In this document: piece by piece, positions 11,530-24,609 of the stretch | Layout of the letters: every line of letters starts with the position of its first letter | Numbering within the stretch: position 1 is the stretch's first letter | NCBI GenBank assembly: GCA_044892525.1 | Contig: CM097885.1 | Location: 23,872,001-23,936,000, forward strand | Length of the DNA: 64,000 nt | Direction: 5' to 3' | From: Schmidtea polychroa | Taxonomy: Eukaryota | Position numbers and translations under genes: made by a program | The notes under the pieces: generated by a model | The model's input: only the letters and a program-made list of their open reading frames with translations | The model's database searches: none | Told to the model about the DNA's origin: nothing

Positions 11530-11689
11530 CAAATTTCTTTAACGAAATATTGATCAGCATACTCGATTTAGTACTTGTACAAATTTTTAAGGAGATTGGT
11601 CAACGGCAACTCTTGGAAATTTAAGATCAAAAACGTTTTAACTTAAGCTACCAAAAATTAATATATCCAATAAAAAAATATTTATAAAA

Positions 11690-11986
11690 ATGGATGAGTT
11701 AAAAGAAAGAATGAGAAATGAATTGAATGAAGTTAAACATAAGAGAATGAAAAGAAGAGAAGAAGAACCATTAGAATAGATCAAAGAGTTGATGGTAGAT
11801 AATGAAAAGTATCGACATTTTTATATGAAGGCTGTAGATGTTGCTGATATAAGATTGAAGAAAATGAAACAATTACAGGAAAGAGTTAAAGAACTTGAAT
11901 CGATTATTTATAGTCTAAAAAATGACAAAAATTCCAACCTTGATGGCGCAGTGGGAATAGACTGGCACAGTGGTTCAAATGGATAG
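11690..11986 (+). pseudogene. Small coiled-coil ORF with premature TAG
   Basis: ATG 11690 (MDELKERMRNEL...) is in frame with ORF 11789; in-frame TAG at ~11777. Confidence 0.45.
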
Positions 11987-12888
11987 CGGTTCAAATCACA
12001 TCTGAGGTTAGTTTTTTTTCAACATAAAATAATATTAAAAATTTGAAAATAATATTGAAAATAGTGTGGGTATCTTATATTTATATTTTATTTTATTTAT
12101 TTTTATTTTATTTTATTTTATTTATTTTATTTATTATTTTATTTTTTAAACATAAATATGAAAAAAAAATATTGAAACGGGTGATGGTGGCGAACCGGTA
12201 ATTATCGCCACCTGTCTTTCGAACACCCCCGGATCGATCCCGGTAATGTGCACATTTATTTCTCAGTTGTTTTCGGACCTCTTTCGGATTCGCTTTCGAA
12301 TTCATTTGTACTTTCGAGCAGCACGCTTAAAACGCCGTTGAAATCGACTTCGTGAGCGAGAAGCGAATAATAAGGCGTGCTGCTATTATCGGATTGATTC
12401 TGATGTATGAGTCTGGCCAGCTTGTATATTAGAAGAGATTTGATAAACGAAAGAGGTTGAAATAAAAAAAAAATGATCCGGATCAAAAAAACTGTTGAGG
12501 GGACAGTGAAAAAAAAAAAAAATACCACTGTCCTCTTTTACTATTTTCATAAAATTTTTTATTCTTCAAGACATCAAGATTAAGATTTCATTTATTTTTT
12601 TTAATTAGCCAATTAGCAACTTGCTAGTTGGCATCCTCAAGTAGCCTTCTAACTTTTTTCATAATACCATTTTCTTTTCTATTCTCTTTATGTTTTTAGT
12701 TTGAAGCTTTTGAGTTTGAGGCTTTAAAGATTAAAACAGTTAGAGTCATTAAGGATGGTTGTTTTCAAAATATAGGGTTAAAATACTATAAAAGTATAAG
12801 TTTTAGGTTGTTTTTCTAATAGCTTAAGTGATTTGGAGGCATGTTTTGTTGGGAGGGCTGTTTTGGTTGGGTATATAACCACACTACT
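11916..12888. repeat. Right terminal inverted repeat of A1 (~970 bp)
   Basis: Reverse complement of 25744-26690 and of 1-60; ends ACTACT. Confidence 0.9.
11936..12019 (+). ncRNA. tRNA-like Pol III unit 3, inside the TIR
   Basis: Two A boxes (TGGCGCAGTGG, TGGCACAGTGG), two B boxes (GGTTCAAAT), terminal stem AACCT/AGGTT, then a T-run. Confidence 0.55.
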
Positions 12889-13285
12889 ATCTTCGTAGAA
12901 AATTTGTTAAAATAAAAAAGTTTAAAGAAGAGATAATTGGATTCTGATATTTACTGAAATAAAATTTATGGAAAAAAAACTGATTTTAATGTTTTACAGG
13001 ATGAACATCCTAATATGGTGGCAGCGGTAAACACTGACGCAATCACCGAAAGATTGCTACCAAAGGTATTCTGCCAAGGTGACGACTTGGAAAAGTTCAT
13101 TAAGAGATGCGAAATTTATTTCGACGCCAAGGGAATCACGCAGAAGAAAGATCAGGAAAGATTAACATCTTGCATGATTGATGAGGATCTCCTGGAAGTG
13201 TACGCCAAAACACTGAAAAAAGCCGAAGGATTCCAGGCTAGGTTGCGATTGGCATTCGATCGCGAAACAGATGTTTTAAAGGATC
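12889..13285 (+). mobile_element. Ty3/Gypsy LTR retrotransposon 5' remnant (LTR end, PBS, gag start)
   Basis: TGGTGGCAGCGGT (13016-13028) is complementary to the tRNA-Leu 3' end, followed by gag-like LLPKVFCQGDDLEKFIKRCEIYF; near-identical to 61123-61520. Confidence 0.75.
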
Positions 13286-14559
13286 TACTTTGTTTTTGCA
13301 CATTTTTCTTTAATTAATATCTCAATTACTCCACAATGACCTTCCTGATAAATATTCGTTATTTCAAACATCAATGGTTATTTTACATCATAACCCGAAT
13401 AGAATTTCATTAAACTCTGTTACAAAAATATTTTCCTTCCATTTCTGGTATTTTCTGTTATATTCTCTTTGTCATTCAATGTAAAACATTCAGAACTGAA
13501 CTCGAAATCTTTTCTGAATCAAAACATTTATTTGGTTTTTGGATTAGTTTATATATTATATAATTTAGATAAATTTAAACAAATTAATTATTAACTTAAA
13601 TGATATTCAAATTTATAATATTTTCCAAAAAAATATATAAAATTTATAAAGTTTAAAAATAAATTGTAAAAAAAATTTTATTCTTTTGAAATATTTGGTC
13701 GCAAATATCAGAATATGACAAATTTTGTTTTTTTAAAATATATTTTTATACTAAATTCACTTTTTCTTATTTATAATACAACACCAATTATATCTAAATT
13801 ACTAATAAATTATTTTTTAAACGCTTTATTAAACTTAATATTAAATATGTATTTAATAATTTATAGCATAAGCAAAATAAATAATTTTAAATGACTATTA
13901 AAATAAAAATAATAATATTTTACAATTTAAAAATTATTATTTATTTTAAATAATATTTAATTTTATTGATATATATTTTAAATAAATTATCATTTTAAAA
14001 TTCTTTGACTTAAACGAAGAGTGTTCATATTTTTTTACAAAGTTTATTTCAATACAAATTTAATAAATTATTTTAAAATCTTTATATATTTCAAATTTTA
14101 AAAATATTGAAAAATATATTGTTCGATTTTAAAAATTTATATATAATTTTTTTCTGATTTCAGGTGTCTTTAAAAAAATTAACAATTACAACTTTCAACA
14201 TGTTATATGAAAAATTGTATTTTAAAATACGGAAATGTTTAAACATGCTTTACACAAACTTTAATTTAAAGCTTCACAAACTCGTTAAATATTAAATTGT
14301 ATTCTCAAGTTATAAAAATTTATCTAATTCCCCAAAATATTAATTTCAAATTTTCATTACAATAACCTATAAACGGCATTCATTGGCTTTCCTAATTTAT
14401 ATTTTAAAATATTTATATTAAATAAAAAAGAAAATAAGTCAATTAAATACACATGATTAATCATTTAAAATTTCTGTTAATATTAAAATTAATAAAAAGC
14501 GCAATTGACTGGATTTTATTTAATGTCCATTTAGTCATTATCAATTGCGCTTTGGTTTA

Positions 14560-15453
14560 CACCAAACACCACTGAGAACCGTTTCCTATAATATAACAAA
14601 AAAATCAATAATCTTACATTATAGAAACATACATACTTACTTTGATTTCACGTTGATGTTCTAATTTATAGCTCAGTGAGATACATCTTATATTATAGAA
14701 AACTGAAAAGTGGAAGGAAAATTAAAAACTGCACACAAACGCAACACATACTAAAAAGCACATACAAATTTTTGATTCGTATAAATGTAACGATGAGATA
14801 CGTTTCTATAATAAACTTTATTTTTGACAATTTTTAGAAAAAAAAGATCGTTGAAAATTTTTAAAATTATATTTTTAATGAAAATATTAAGAGCAGATGA
14901 ATTTGGTTCAATATCATTTCAATCCAGATTTGATTTCCTGAAAGAAGCTCCTCATATTGAGCTCAGAAAAAAAATTACAAAAATTATTTTAATCATCGAT
15001 TTTCCCCAAAATGTTTTAAAAAAATAAATATTTTAGGTGATTGATTTATTTCTTTCATTAACTATAATTAAAAATATATCGGACTCACATTTTTTTGAAA
15101 TAATTCTAAAATAAATAGAGCTAAATATCATAAAATTCCTAGAAACCCTGAAAATTAATTAAAATAATATATAATTATACTGTTGATTAAAAGTAATATT
15201 TAGGAACTTGAATAATGATCTCATATCTCATATGGATCAGAATTCAAGTCTTAAAATTTACTTTAAATAAAAAAAATTACTTGAAAGCCATTTGTAAAAT
15301 GGCTAAAATAAATTTCCAAAATATATAAATGAGACATGATAAATTGACAAAGATGATTTACAATTACAACCAATTACAATTGGTAAATAAATTGGTGAGT
15401 GAATTTACACGCCAACCACCACTATAGAGAACGTATCTCAGTGGTGTTTGGTG
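14560..15453. mobile_element. MITE-like non-autonomous DNA transposon
   Basis: 17-bp perfect TIR CACCAAACACCACTGAG / CTCAGTGGTGTTTGGTG flanked by TA on both sides; no long ORF. Confidence 0.7.
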
Positions 15454-16230
15454 TATATGTGCTGTATTTGTGTGTTAATTTTATTTTTCTACCACTTTCT
15501 CACCTTCTATATAAAAGATTTTATTCATTAAAACATTAAAATTTAAAGCGCAGGTAAGTTTGTGTGTTTCCATAATACAGTCAGTCTATTGAATTTCTTT
15601 GTATAATATAACTTCTTATATATTGAAAGTAAATAAAAGAAAGAATTTTAAATTTATTATGACAAAGTTTGAATAATTGCAAGCTGTTGAGAAATGAAAT
15701 TTTTTATGAAATAATTTTGTAAGATAATTTTAAATAGAAAGTTTTATGAAATAATTTTCAAAGGCAAAATTTAATACAAATTTTTATTAAATTAATTTCA
15801 AAGATCGATTTCAATTAATTTCTTCTACTAAAAATATTAGTAAACAAGGGTTATATTTGGTAAATAAGTAAATGAAGGGCTAAATTTTAAAAACTAGTAA
15901 TAAACTTTGAAATATGATGAGAATAATTTAATTTTAAGTAAATTAAGAGTCTAAAAATTGATCAAATTAAATTATGGGCTTTTATTTTTAAAAAAAGTAA
16001 TCATTGTTCAAAGATTTTAAAAATTTAAGTAATATTTTTAAATTAAGTAAAATAAATAAAAATTTTAAATTAAAGTAAATTTTTAAATAAGTTAATTAAA
16101 GTAATAATTTTAATTTTATAATCAAAAAGTTTGAATGATAGGCAGCTTTTGAGAAATGAAAATCTTTAATGAAAGTTTTTATGAAATAATTTTTAAAGAA
16201 AATTTAGATGCAAATTTCGCAAGTAATAAT

Positions 16231-16293
<63 letters not shown>

Positions 16294-17429
16294 TCAACCA
16301 AATACTTAACAACTAAAGACTTTATTAACAACACATAAAAAATAACTATAATAATAAATAAAAATTAAAAAGACAGTGATAAAGATACAAAATTTATTCA
16401 TCATCATATATTTGCTTATAAGAAGCTTTTCCTAATTCAGGAAGAAGAATATTTCTTAAATTCTTGTCAAAATCTAAAATTCAACCAGATACCTACAACC
16501 AAAATACTAACAAATATGTACTATCTAGGTATTATTTACATTCAGATAATAAATACCAACTATCAGCTGCTAAGGATTTTTAACTAGGTACTAACAAATA
16601 AGTACCAAATACTTACAACTAAGAACTTACAACCAGATAGCTGCTACCATGTATTAACAACCAACAAACAACTAGCTACTAACAGATTAGTTTCAAAGAT
16701 TATTTACTAACAATCAACAACAACCAACTAACTAGGTACCAGATACCAAATACTAAGTAACTCTCAAACAACCAGATACTAAAGACTTACAACCAGGTAT
16801 TTACAATCAACTAAATATTCTTCATTGTATTTTATCAAATGCTTTTTAAATAAATTAACCTTTTATATGTATTAAATTCAAAAATATATTTAATTACAAT
16901 CAGTAGAAAAACATTTTCTGTCTAAGTCTAAATTTAACAAAAATATTGATTTTCGTCAAAAATGAATAATTATCAACTCAAACACTTTAAAACACCACGT
17001 GAAATTGAAAATAATTCAAATATTTTAAAATAACAACGAAAGACTATAGAATTTTAATTTTTATTCACAAAAGATCTGCTCAACTTTTAATTGATTACTA
17101 ATATTCGTACTGCCTTAAAACATTTATTAATGAAATGTAATAAGATTATATTAATTGAAAATAGTCAATAATTTGCAATTTGTCATTAATCAGTTGTTGA
17201 AATCTAATTTTATGTTAACATGAAGAAAAAATCTTTGCCTATTTCACAAAGTAATTATAGCCTCTTGACATGAGTAAACTTTCTAATTAGGAATTCATTA
17301 ACAAGTCATCTATATAGGGAAGAAGGCTTTCTACATTCATTCAATAACAGACAAATGTGAAATATAAACAGTAATATTAAATATAATAATGAATATTGGA
17401 ACTCCATGTCGATTCCAATGCTGACACTT

Positions 17430-17655
17430 TACCAAAGACAATGACTTATCGATGACTCATCGTTTAAATGTGGGTACTGTTTTATTTTTTTGCACATCCC
17501 CCTTTCTGTATGACTCATCGATGACTTATCCTTTTTAGAACAAAGACAATGCATCATTTATTTTTAGAACAAAGACTCGTCAAACGATTCATCATCTATT
17601 TTTTTAGAACAAAGACTCATAAAACAGGACTCCACTAGAACAAAGATCTTATTAC

Positions 17656-17689
<34 letters not shown>

Positions 17690-17930
17690 ATTATTGTTAT
17701 TATTACTATTATTATTATTATTTTCAAAATATTATTTAAAACAATAAAGTGATAATTTAAACCTTTAGCTGTAAATAATGTATTTAATGAAAAAACATTT
17801 TCGACTATAAGATAGTCTTTGTCAATCTCCTGGAACTTTGCAATCTTCTTCCCAAAAATACATTTCTTTCTTTCTTTTATTTCCTTTTTCTTAATTCTCA
17901 TTGAGAATTAATTCTTATTGAGACCAATTA
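17430..17930. repeat. Dispersed repeat with AGAACAAAGAC/GACTCATC minisatellite and (ATT)n
   Basis: Copies at 25480-25743, 44930-45420 and inverted at 23460-23810. Confidence 0.7.
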
Positions 17931-20699
17931 CTGAGTTATTCTAAAATATATTTAAAATTATCTAGAAATATATTTAAAAATTATCTAACAATATATTTAA
18001 AATTATCTAACAATATAAATTTTTTCAATGAAATTTTTACATGAAAATTATGGTCTAAAATTTTCAATTAAGTAAATTAAGGTCTAAAATTTTCAATTTG
18101 TAAATTAATGGTTAAATTTTAAATTAAAGTAAATTTAAAAAAGTCTATATTTTTAAACTTAAATAAATTAAGGATAAATAAGCAAATTAAGGTCTAATAT
18201 TTTCAATTAAATTAAATTAAGGGTCCAAATTTTTATATTGAATTAATCAAGGATCAAAAATTAAACTAAAGTAAATTAATGATAAATAGGTTAATTATGG
18301 TCGAAAATTTTAAATTAAGTTCTAAATTTTTAAACTTAAGTAAATTAAGGGTTCAAATTAGTAATTTAAGGACCAAATTTTAAAATTAAGTAAATTAAAA
18401 TAAATAGGTGAATTAAGGTTAAGTTTTAAATTAAAGTAATTTAGTTCAAAATTTTAAATTAAAGTAAATTAATGTAAAATTTTAAATTAAATTAATAATT
18501 TATTGTCAGATATTTTGAATAACTATCATCTGATGAGAAATAAAAATTTAAAATGAAAACTTTTATAAAATATTTTTCTATGACAATTTTATATAAGTAT
18601 TTTTATGAATAAATTTTAGATGGAAATAATGTAAATTAAGGGATACATTTTTAAATTAAAGTAATCAATGGTCTATATTTTAAACTTCTATATTTGGTAA
18701 ACAAGGGTTAAATTAAAGTAAATTAATGATAAATAGGTAAATTAAAGTTTAAAATTTTTTTTACTTGAGTATTCAAAGGTCTAGAATTAAATTAAAATTT
18801 TTAAATTATAGTAATACTTTTAAATTAAGTAAATTAAAGTAAAAATTTTAAAATTACAGTAATAATTTATTGTCAGATATTTTGAAAAACTATCAACGAT
18901 GAGAATTGACAATTTCAGATGCAAATCTTTTTGAAATAATTTTCAATGATAAATTTAAATAGATTTTTTATGAAATAATAATAAGAGATATATTTAAAAA
19001 AAGTAATTAAATGCTAAAATTTAAAATTAAGAAAATTAAAGGATGCAATTTTAAATTAAGTAATAAATTTTGAAAGATGATGAGAATTAGTAGTAATAAT
19101 TAAAGAAAATTATGACTAAGTTAATTAGATTTAAAGAACACTACAGGGTTAATTCTAACCATTTTACAATAATATTTTTTATCAAAGTTCATATCTTGAT
19201 TTAGTTAATTTTAATTGAATGTAATGACAAATTCCAGCGTGTTGTCTTCAATTTTAATGAATTATTTTGAAAGATTATTTAGATAAATTTTGGTGTCTAT
19301 TCATTAGTAATTTTTTTAGAGTTGATGGTTTTTGAGAATTTTTATCATTTTCGTGAATTTCATGTGGATTGAATGAATATTTAAAAATTTAAAGTTAGTT
19401 CTAAGATAAATTTAATTAATTTCTTGATAATTGGATGCATTTTTATTGATTGATTTTTAATTTTAAATAAAAATTATTTTTAATTACAGTTAGGTTAATT
19501 ATCAAGTGATAGGATATGACTTTGTAATGTAATTGAATTTGACTAAGTAGTTTTTTGTAAATTTTTTCTAATAATTTCATGTTGATTGATTAAATATTTA
19601 AAGTTTTAATCGTGATTTTAATTAAATTTCTTGATAATTTGCTAAATTTTAAAAAAAAATTAATTTTTTAATGACTGTTAGGTTAATAATCAAGTAATAG
19701 GTTTAATTTTAGATGACTTTGTATTGCACTTGACTCAATAATCTTTTCAATACTTTTCTATGAATATTTTCATTTACACATTGATGAACTTTTAAAAATA
19801 CATAAGCTAAGAAACCAGTTAACTTTATCAAGGACTTCAAATTTACTTGAAAATTATTGTAAGATATACTGAAATTTGTGATTTAGTTTGCTATTATGAT
19901 CAATCAATATATATCATCTCTAGGTAGGTATTTGATGGGTGAAATATTTGTAGGAAATAATGAGTTTATTATGTCTTTGTTATATAAATCGACTTTAGCG
20001 TCAAAATGGATTTTTAAAATAAATTTAAATTTTAAAATACCGCAACGTAATATATATATATATATATACATATTTTTCCTACCTTTCCTTGATTTTGATT
20101 GGTTAGAATTTGTTCCTGTTTATTATCTTCAGTCTATAAACAATAATCTATCATTAGTCACATTTTACAAATATTTAACTTTAAAAATGAATTCTCTAAT
20201 AGAAAACGTTATGAATGTCCGAGAAAAAAATTCAGAAATTTGGTAAATTTTAATTTATTGATTAATTAAATAATTTATTTAGTTACATAATATTAATGAA
20301 GACAATTTGAAATCGAAGATTAAAGGAAATTTGAAAAGAAAAAGTAAACATAATTTTTAATTTATTGATTTAATTAATTGATAATTTAGGTAATACGAAT
20401 AAAGAGAAAAATTATGTCAATTAATCGAAATAAAAATTTACAATGTAAGTATTGATTCCTTTTTATAATTTAAAGGAAATTTAATATAATTTTTTATTTA
20501 AGTAAATGTTAATACTTTTAATTTAGTAAATTTTTATTTTTTAGTAAATAAAATTTTGAAAATATTCATTGTAATAAATAATAATGATTTGCAAATTTTT
20601 GCGTAAACATTTATTAAAATATATCATTTAAATTATAATATTTTTTTATTAAATTTTTATTTTATAGGTATACTTTACTCGAATTGAAATATCTTTTAT

Positions 20700-21170
20700 T
20701 AAATAAAATTTATGGAATTATTTAGTGATTTAAAAACGGATGAGAATCCTGATATGGTGGCAGCGGTAAACACCGACGCGATTAACGAAAGATTATTGCC
20801 AAAAGTGTTCTGTCAAGGTGATGACTTGGAAAAATTCATCAGAAGATCCAAGATCTAATTCGATGCTAAAGGCATCAATAAAAAAGAACAAGAAAGATTC
20901 ACCGCATGCATGATCGACGAGGATCTATTGGAGAAATATGCGAAAACAGTTAAAAAAGCAGAAGGATTTCAAGCCAGGTTACGAATGGCATTTGATTACG
21001 AAAGGGACGTAATAAAGGATATGGAAAGTTTATTGAATTATAAAAGAAGAGGCGAAGAGATTGAAACATATTTTAAAAAAGTGTAGGACCTTGTTGACAG
21101 GTTGTTTGAGAATAAAGAATTCACCAAAGAGAAAATAACAGCAAAGATGTTGATAGTATGTGCTGAGAAT
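20700..21170 (+). mobile_element. Ty3/Gypsy gag remnant (second subfamily)
   Basis: PBS at 20755-20767; gag frame has in-frame stops; duplicated at 48210-48671. Confidence 0.7.
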
Positions 21171-21732
21171 TTTCCTCGAGTAAGATTAATTAAAGAATTT
21201 TAAAATAATAAATAAAAAAATAAAACAAACTAAAGAAAATTTAATTACATAAATTTATGTAAAAATATAATAATTTATCATTTAATTACTTTCAAAATCT
21301 TTTTTTATCAATACATTACATAGATTCCTATGATAATCAACACTATAAACGAAATTATAAGGAAAATACATTTCCATGAGGTCAGTACAGCTATTCCAGC
21401 CCTATTTTTCACAAATATGAAACTGTCCAAATTCAAATAAAATTTAAATCAGAAGAAAATAGTTTTACATATTTGAAAAAACAGCGAAATAATTTCGAAT
21501 TTATTATTACAATTATTACATTTGCTGATTACAGATGTGCATTAATTGAGAGGGAGGTTTCGATTTTCATTTGTCTCATCGGAAAACCTTACACAAAACA
21601 TTAAATATAAAAATATTTTAGCATTTTTTAGATTAACAATTACTTTTAACCAATGAAGAATTAAATAAATAATAATATATAAATAATTTGCTTAATTAAT
21701 TAATTAATTTATATAATTATTAAACAAATAAA

Positions 21733-22638
21733 ATGAATAATGACAATATGAAAATGGTTCATTGTAAATATCATCCAAATAGAGTTCTAATAACTGATTG
21801 TCGAACTGGAGATATGATATGTTCCGCTTGTGGTCTGGTTGTAGTTGAACGGGCGATTGATCCTTCTAGTGAATGGAGAACATTCGCATCCGATGGAACG
21901 GATGGACATGACGCTTGTCGAGTCGGAGAGGTGGAAACGTCAGAAACAGATGGACAAACATCGACTGCCGTTCAAACAGGTTTTAACCTCAGATTTCTAG
22001 ATGAAAATGGAAATTCGAAATTTAAATTCCTTTCAACTAAGAGTAGCAAAGAAGTGTCATTGGCGTCCCAGAAACGACAAATCGCAGATTTGTGTGAAAG
22101 AATAAAAGTAGATAGAAATGTTTATTCGCGAGCTGTATCTCTACTCCATGAAATTACAAAATCAGAGGCCTGTGTCAAGCGAAACAAAGCGACCTTGAAT
22201 TGCGTATGTCTATATTTGGCTTGCGTAGACAATGAAGTTCCGAGACTGCCGAAAGAAATATTAAACGAATGTCCACTGGTTGATGAAAAGAAATTCAAAA
22301 AGTTATTAAAACTTATCCAAACTGCATTGAAACGACCAACGCGTGAAATCAAGCCAGATTTACTCGTTGGCAGATTTTTATATTATTTAGACGTGACGGA
22401 TTTCAAAATAGAAAAGCTTGTAAAAGAAGCAGTAAAAAATGTAAGTGAAATTAGTGAATTTCGCATTAAAGGAAGCGTTTTGATTGCGGTATGTTGCATT
22501 CAATTGGTCTGTGACTTAAAAAATGTCGACGTAGACGCAAAATTGCTAGCAGATTCAATTGGATTGTCAAAATCGAATATCGCCTCCTTTTCTAAGATTC
22601 TGCACAAAAATGTCAAAATTATTTTACCAAAATATTAA
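21733..22638 (+). CDS. TFIIB: Transcription initiation factor IIB-like protein, intronless and divergent
   Basis: Zn ribbon CKYHP...GDMICSACGLV, B-reader IDPSSEWRTF, RVG linker, cyclin repeat CLYLAC....VPRLPKEI. Confidence 0.9.
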   Translation: MNNDNMKMVHCKYHPNRVLITDCRTGDMICSACGLVVVERAIDPSSEWRTFASDGTDGHDACRVGEVETSETDGQTSTAVQTGFNLRFLDENGNSKFKFLSTKSSKEVSLASQKRQIADLCERIKVDRNVYSRAVSLLHEITKSEACVKRNKATLNCVCLYLACVDNEVPRLPKEILNECPLVDEKKFKKLLKLIQTALKRPTREIKPDLLVGRFLYYLDVTDFKIEKLVKEAVKNVSEISEFRIKGSVLIAVCCIQLVCDLKNVDVDAKLLADSIGLSKSNIASFSKILHKNVKIILPKY

Positions 22639-22872
22639 TATTTATAAAATGTAATAAATTTAGATTTATAATTTGACTTTTATATTTACATTGATTATTA
22701 TTTTATTTGTTTCCTGCTATTTTATTTATTTATACTAAGAATACAAAATTTTAATTACTTCTTCATTACTTCCCATAAAAAACAGCCACAGATTTAATTT
22801 TATTTAATTTGTTTTAACGATAAATAATTGAAAGTTTATATTGTTATATTTTAATTCATATAATTTCTACTT

Positions 22873-22990
22873 AGATTCTGCACAAAAATGTCAAAACTAT
22901 TTTACCAAAATTTTAATTGTTATAAATTATATTAAATTTAGATTTTTAATTTGACTTTTATATTTACTCTGAATATTATTTTATTTTTGT
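22873..22990 (+). repeat. Diverged local duplicate of the TFIIB 3' end and 3' UTR
   Basis: agattctgcacaaaaatgtcaaaa... repeats 22595-22710. Confidence 0.8.
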
Positions 22991-23093
22991 TTTATATTTT
23001 TATTAATTTTTACTTCTCTTATATCTGAGTTCGGATGTCTCAATTTTTAAAATAAATTTAATCCACAATATTTGTACCAGACATAAAATTCGG

Positions 23094-23135
<42 letters not shown>

Positions 23136-23304
23136 TGATGCAAATGGCGTCAAAATATGTTTTAATAATATATTTAAGTTTTAAAACACCGCAACGTAAT
23201 TTATTTTTGTCCTTCCACTTCATTGATTTTAATTGGTCAGAATTTAATAATACTTTGTAATAATATACCCTTTCAGGCATGTTGGGTGTGAAAAGTACCT
23301 TTGT

Positions 23305-23462
<158 letters not shown>

Positions 23463-24609
23463 TTGGTCTCATTGAGAATTAAGAAAAAGAAAATAAAAGA
23501 AAGATAGAAATGTATTTTCGGTAAGAAAATTCCAAGAGGTTGACAAGGACTACAAGTCGAAAATCTTTTTCATTAAATACATTATTTGCACCAAAACGCT
23601 TAAATGATTGTTTTAAATAATAAATGCTCCTACCAAGAAATCATCACTTTATAATAATAATAGTAATAATAATAATAATATTAATATTGATAATATTATT
23701 TTGATAAATAATATCTTGAAAATAATAATAATAATAGTAATAATAACAATAATATTAATAATATTAATCATAATAACATCTTTGTTCTAGTGTAGTCCTG
23801 TTTTATAAGGTTTTCCAATGAGACAAGTGGAAATCGAAATCTCCTTCTCAATTAATGCCGATTTAAAAAAATAATAATAATAAACTTGTGAAAATAATAA
23901 AACAACAAAACATTTAATTGGGGGTAGTTTCGAATAAAATTTATAGGGCAATTCTTTGTGAGTTTTTTAGGAACTAATTTATTTTGACGAAAACATTCAT
24001 AGAGATTTTATATACCTTTCTGCAAAATATCATTAATTATTAAATTCTTACGAAATTTAACAAGAAACTTGTTCATTTCACATTCAGCAAATTTATATTC
24101 AAATAATGCATGATAAAAAAACATGATTATTTTAGAAATTAACTCATAGGTATATTAAAAAAACAAGATCATTTAATGTATCATTAAGTAAAAACATTTA
24201 GGTAATATAATATATTTGAGTAATTTTAGTTAATTTATGAATATCAGTCTCTTGATATATATAACAAATTAATCAATAAAGATCATAGCATATTGTAAGT
24301 TCTTTTATATATATATTTATCCGCAAAGATATTTTGTCCCCCTATCGGTATTTGTCGTAAAGGTATTGGTCGCAACGGTATATTAATTAAGGCACATATA
24401 TATTAGTTAGAAATTCTTAGGTAATTTAGTGAGAAATATTTCCATTTATGTAATATATTTAGTTATTATTCTTATTTCGAGCGACTAATTTATTGGTTAA
24501 CTTTGTCATTTTTAGTCATTTAAAATAATATTTAGCAAAAGGTAATTGAGTAAAATATTAAGCATTTCTCGAAATTAAAAATCTTAAATTATCAATATTA
24601 TTACCTCAG

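Larger units (their letters stand above)
1..12888 (+). mobile_element. Polinton/Maverick (adintovirus-like) copy A1; left end lies upstream of the window
   Basis: Contains pPolB, adenain, ATPase, rve integrase and major/minor capsid ORFs. Ends in ...CACACTACT at 12888. Bases 1-60 are the reverse complement of ~11916-11975. The empty site for the right flank (atcttcgtagaaaatttg) occurs at ~61123. Confidence 0.93.

Noticed and set aside
12108..12528. ORFs in the TIR (also 26034-26342)
   Set aside because: They run through homopolymer tracts, starts differ between copies, and no domain is recognisable.
19896..20246. 116-aa ORF
   Set aside because: It spans a (TA)n tract and is frameshifted in the duplicate at 47388; no motif.
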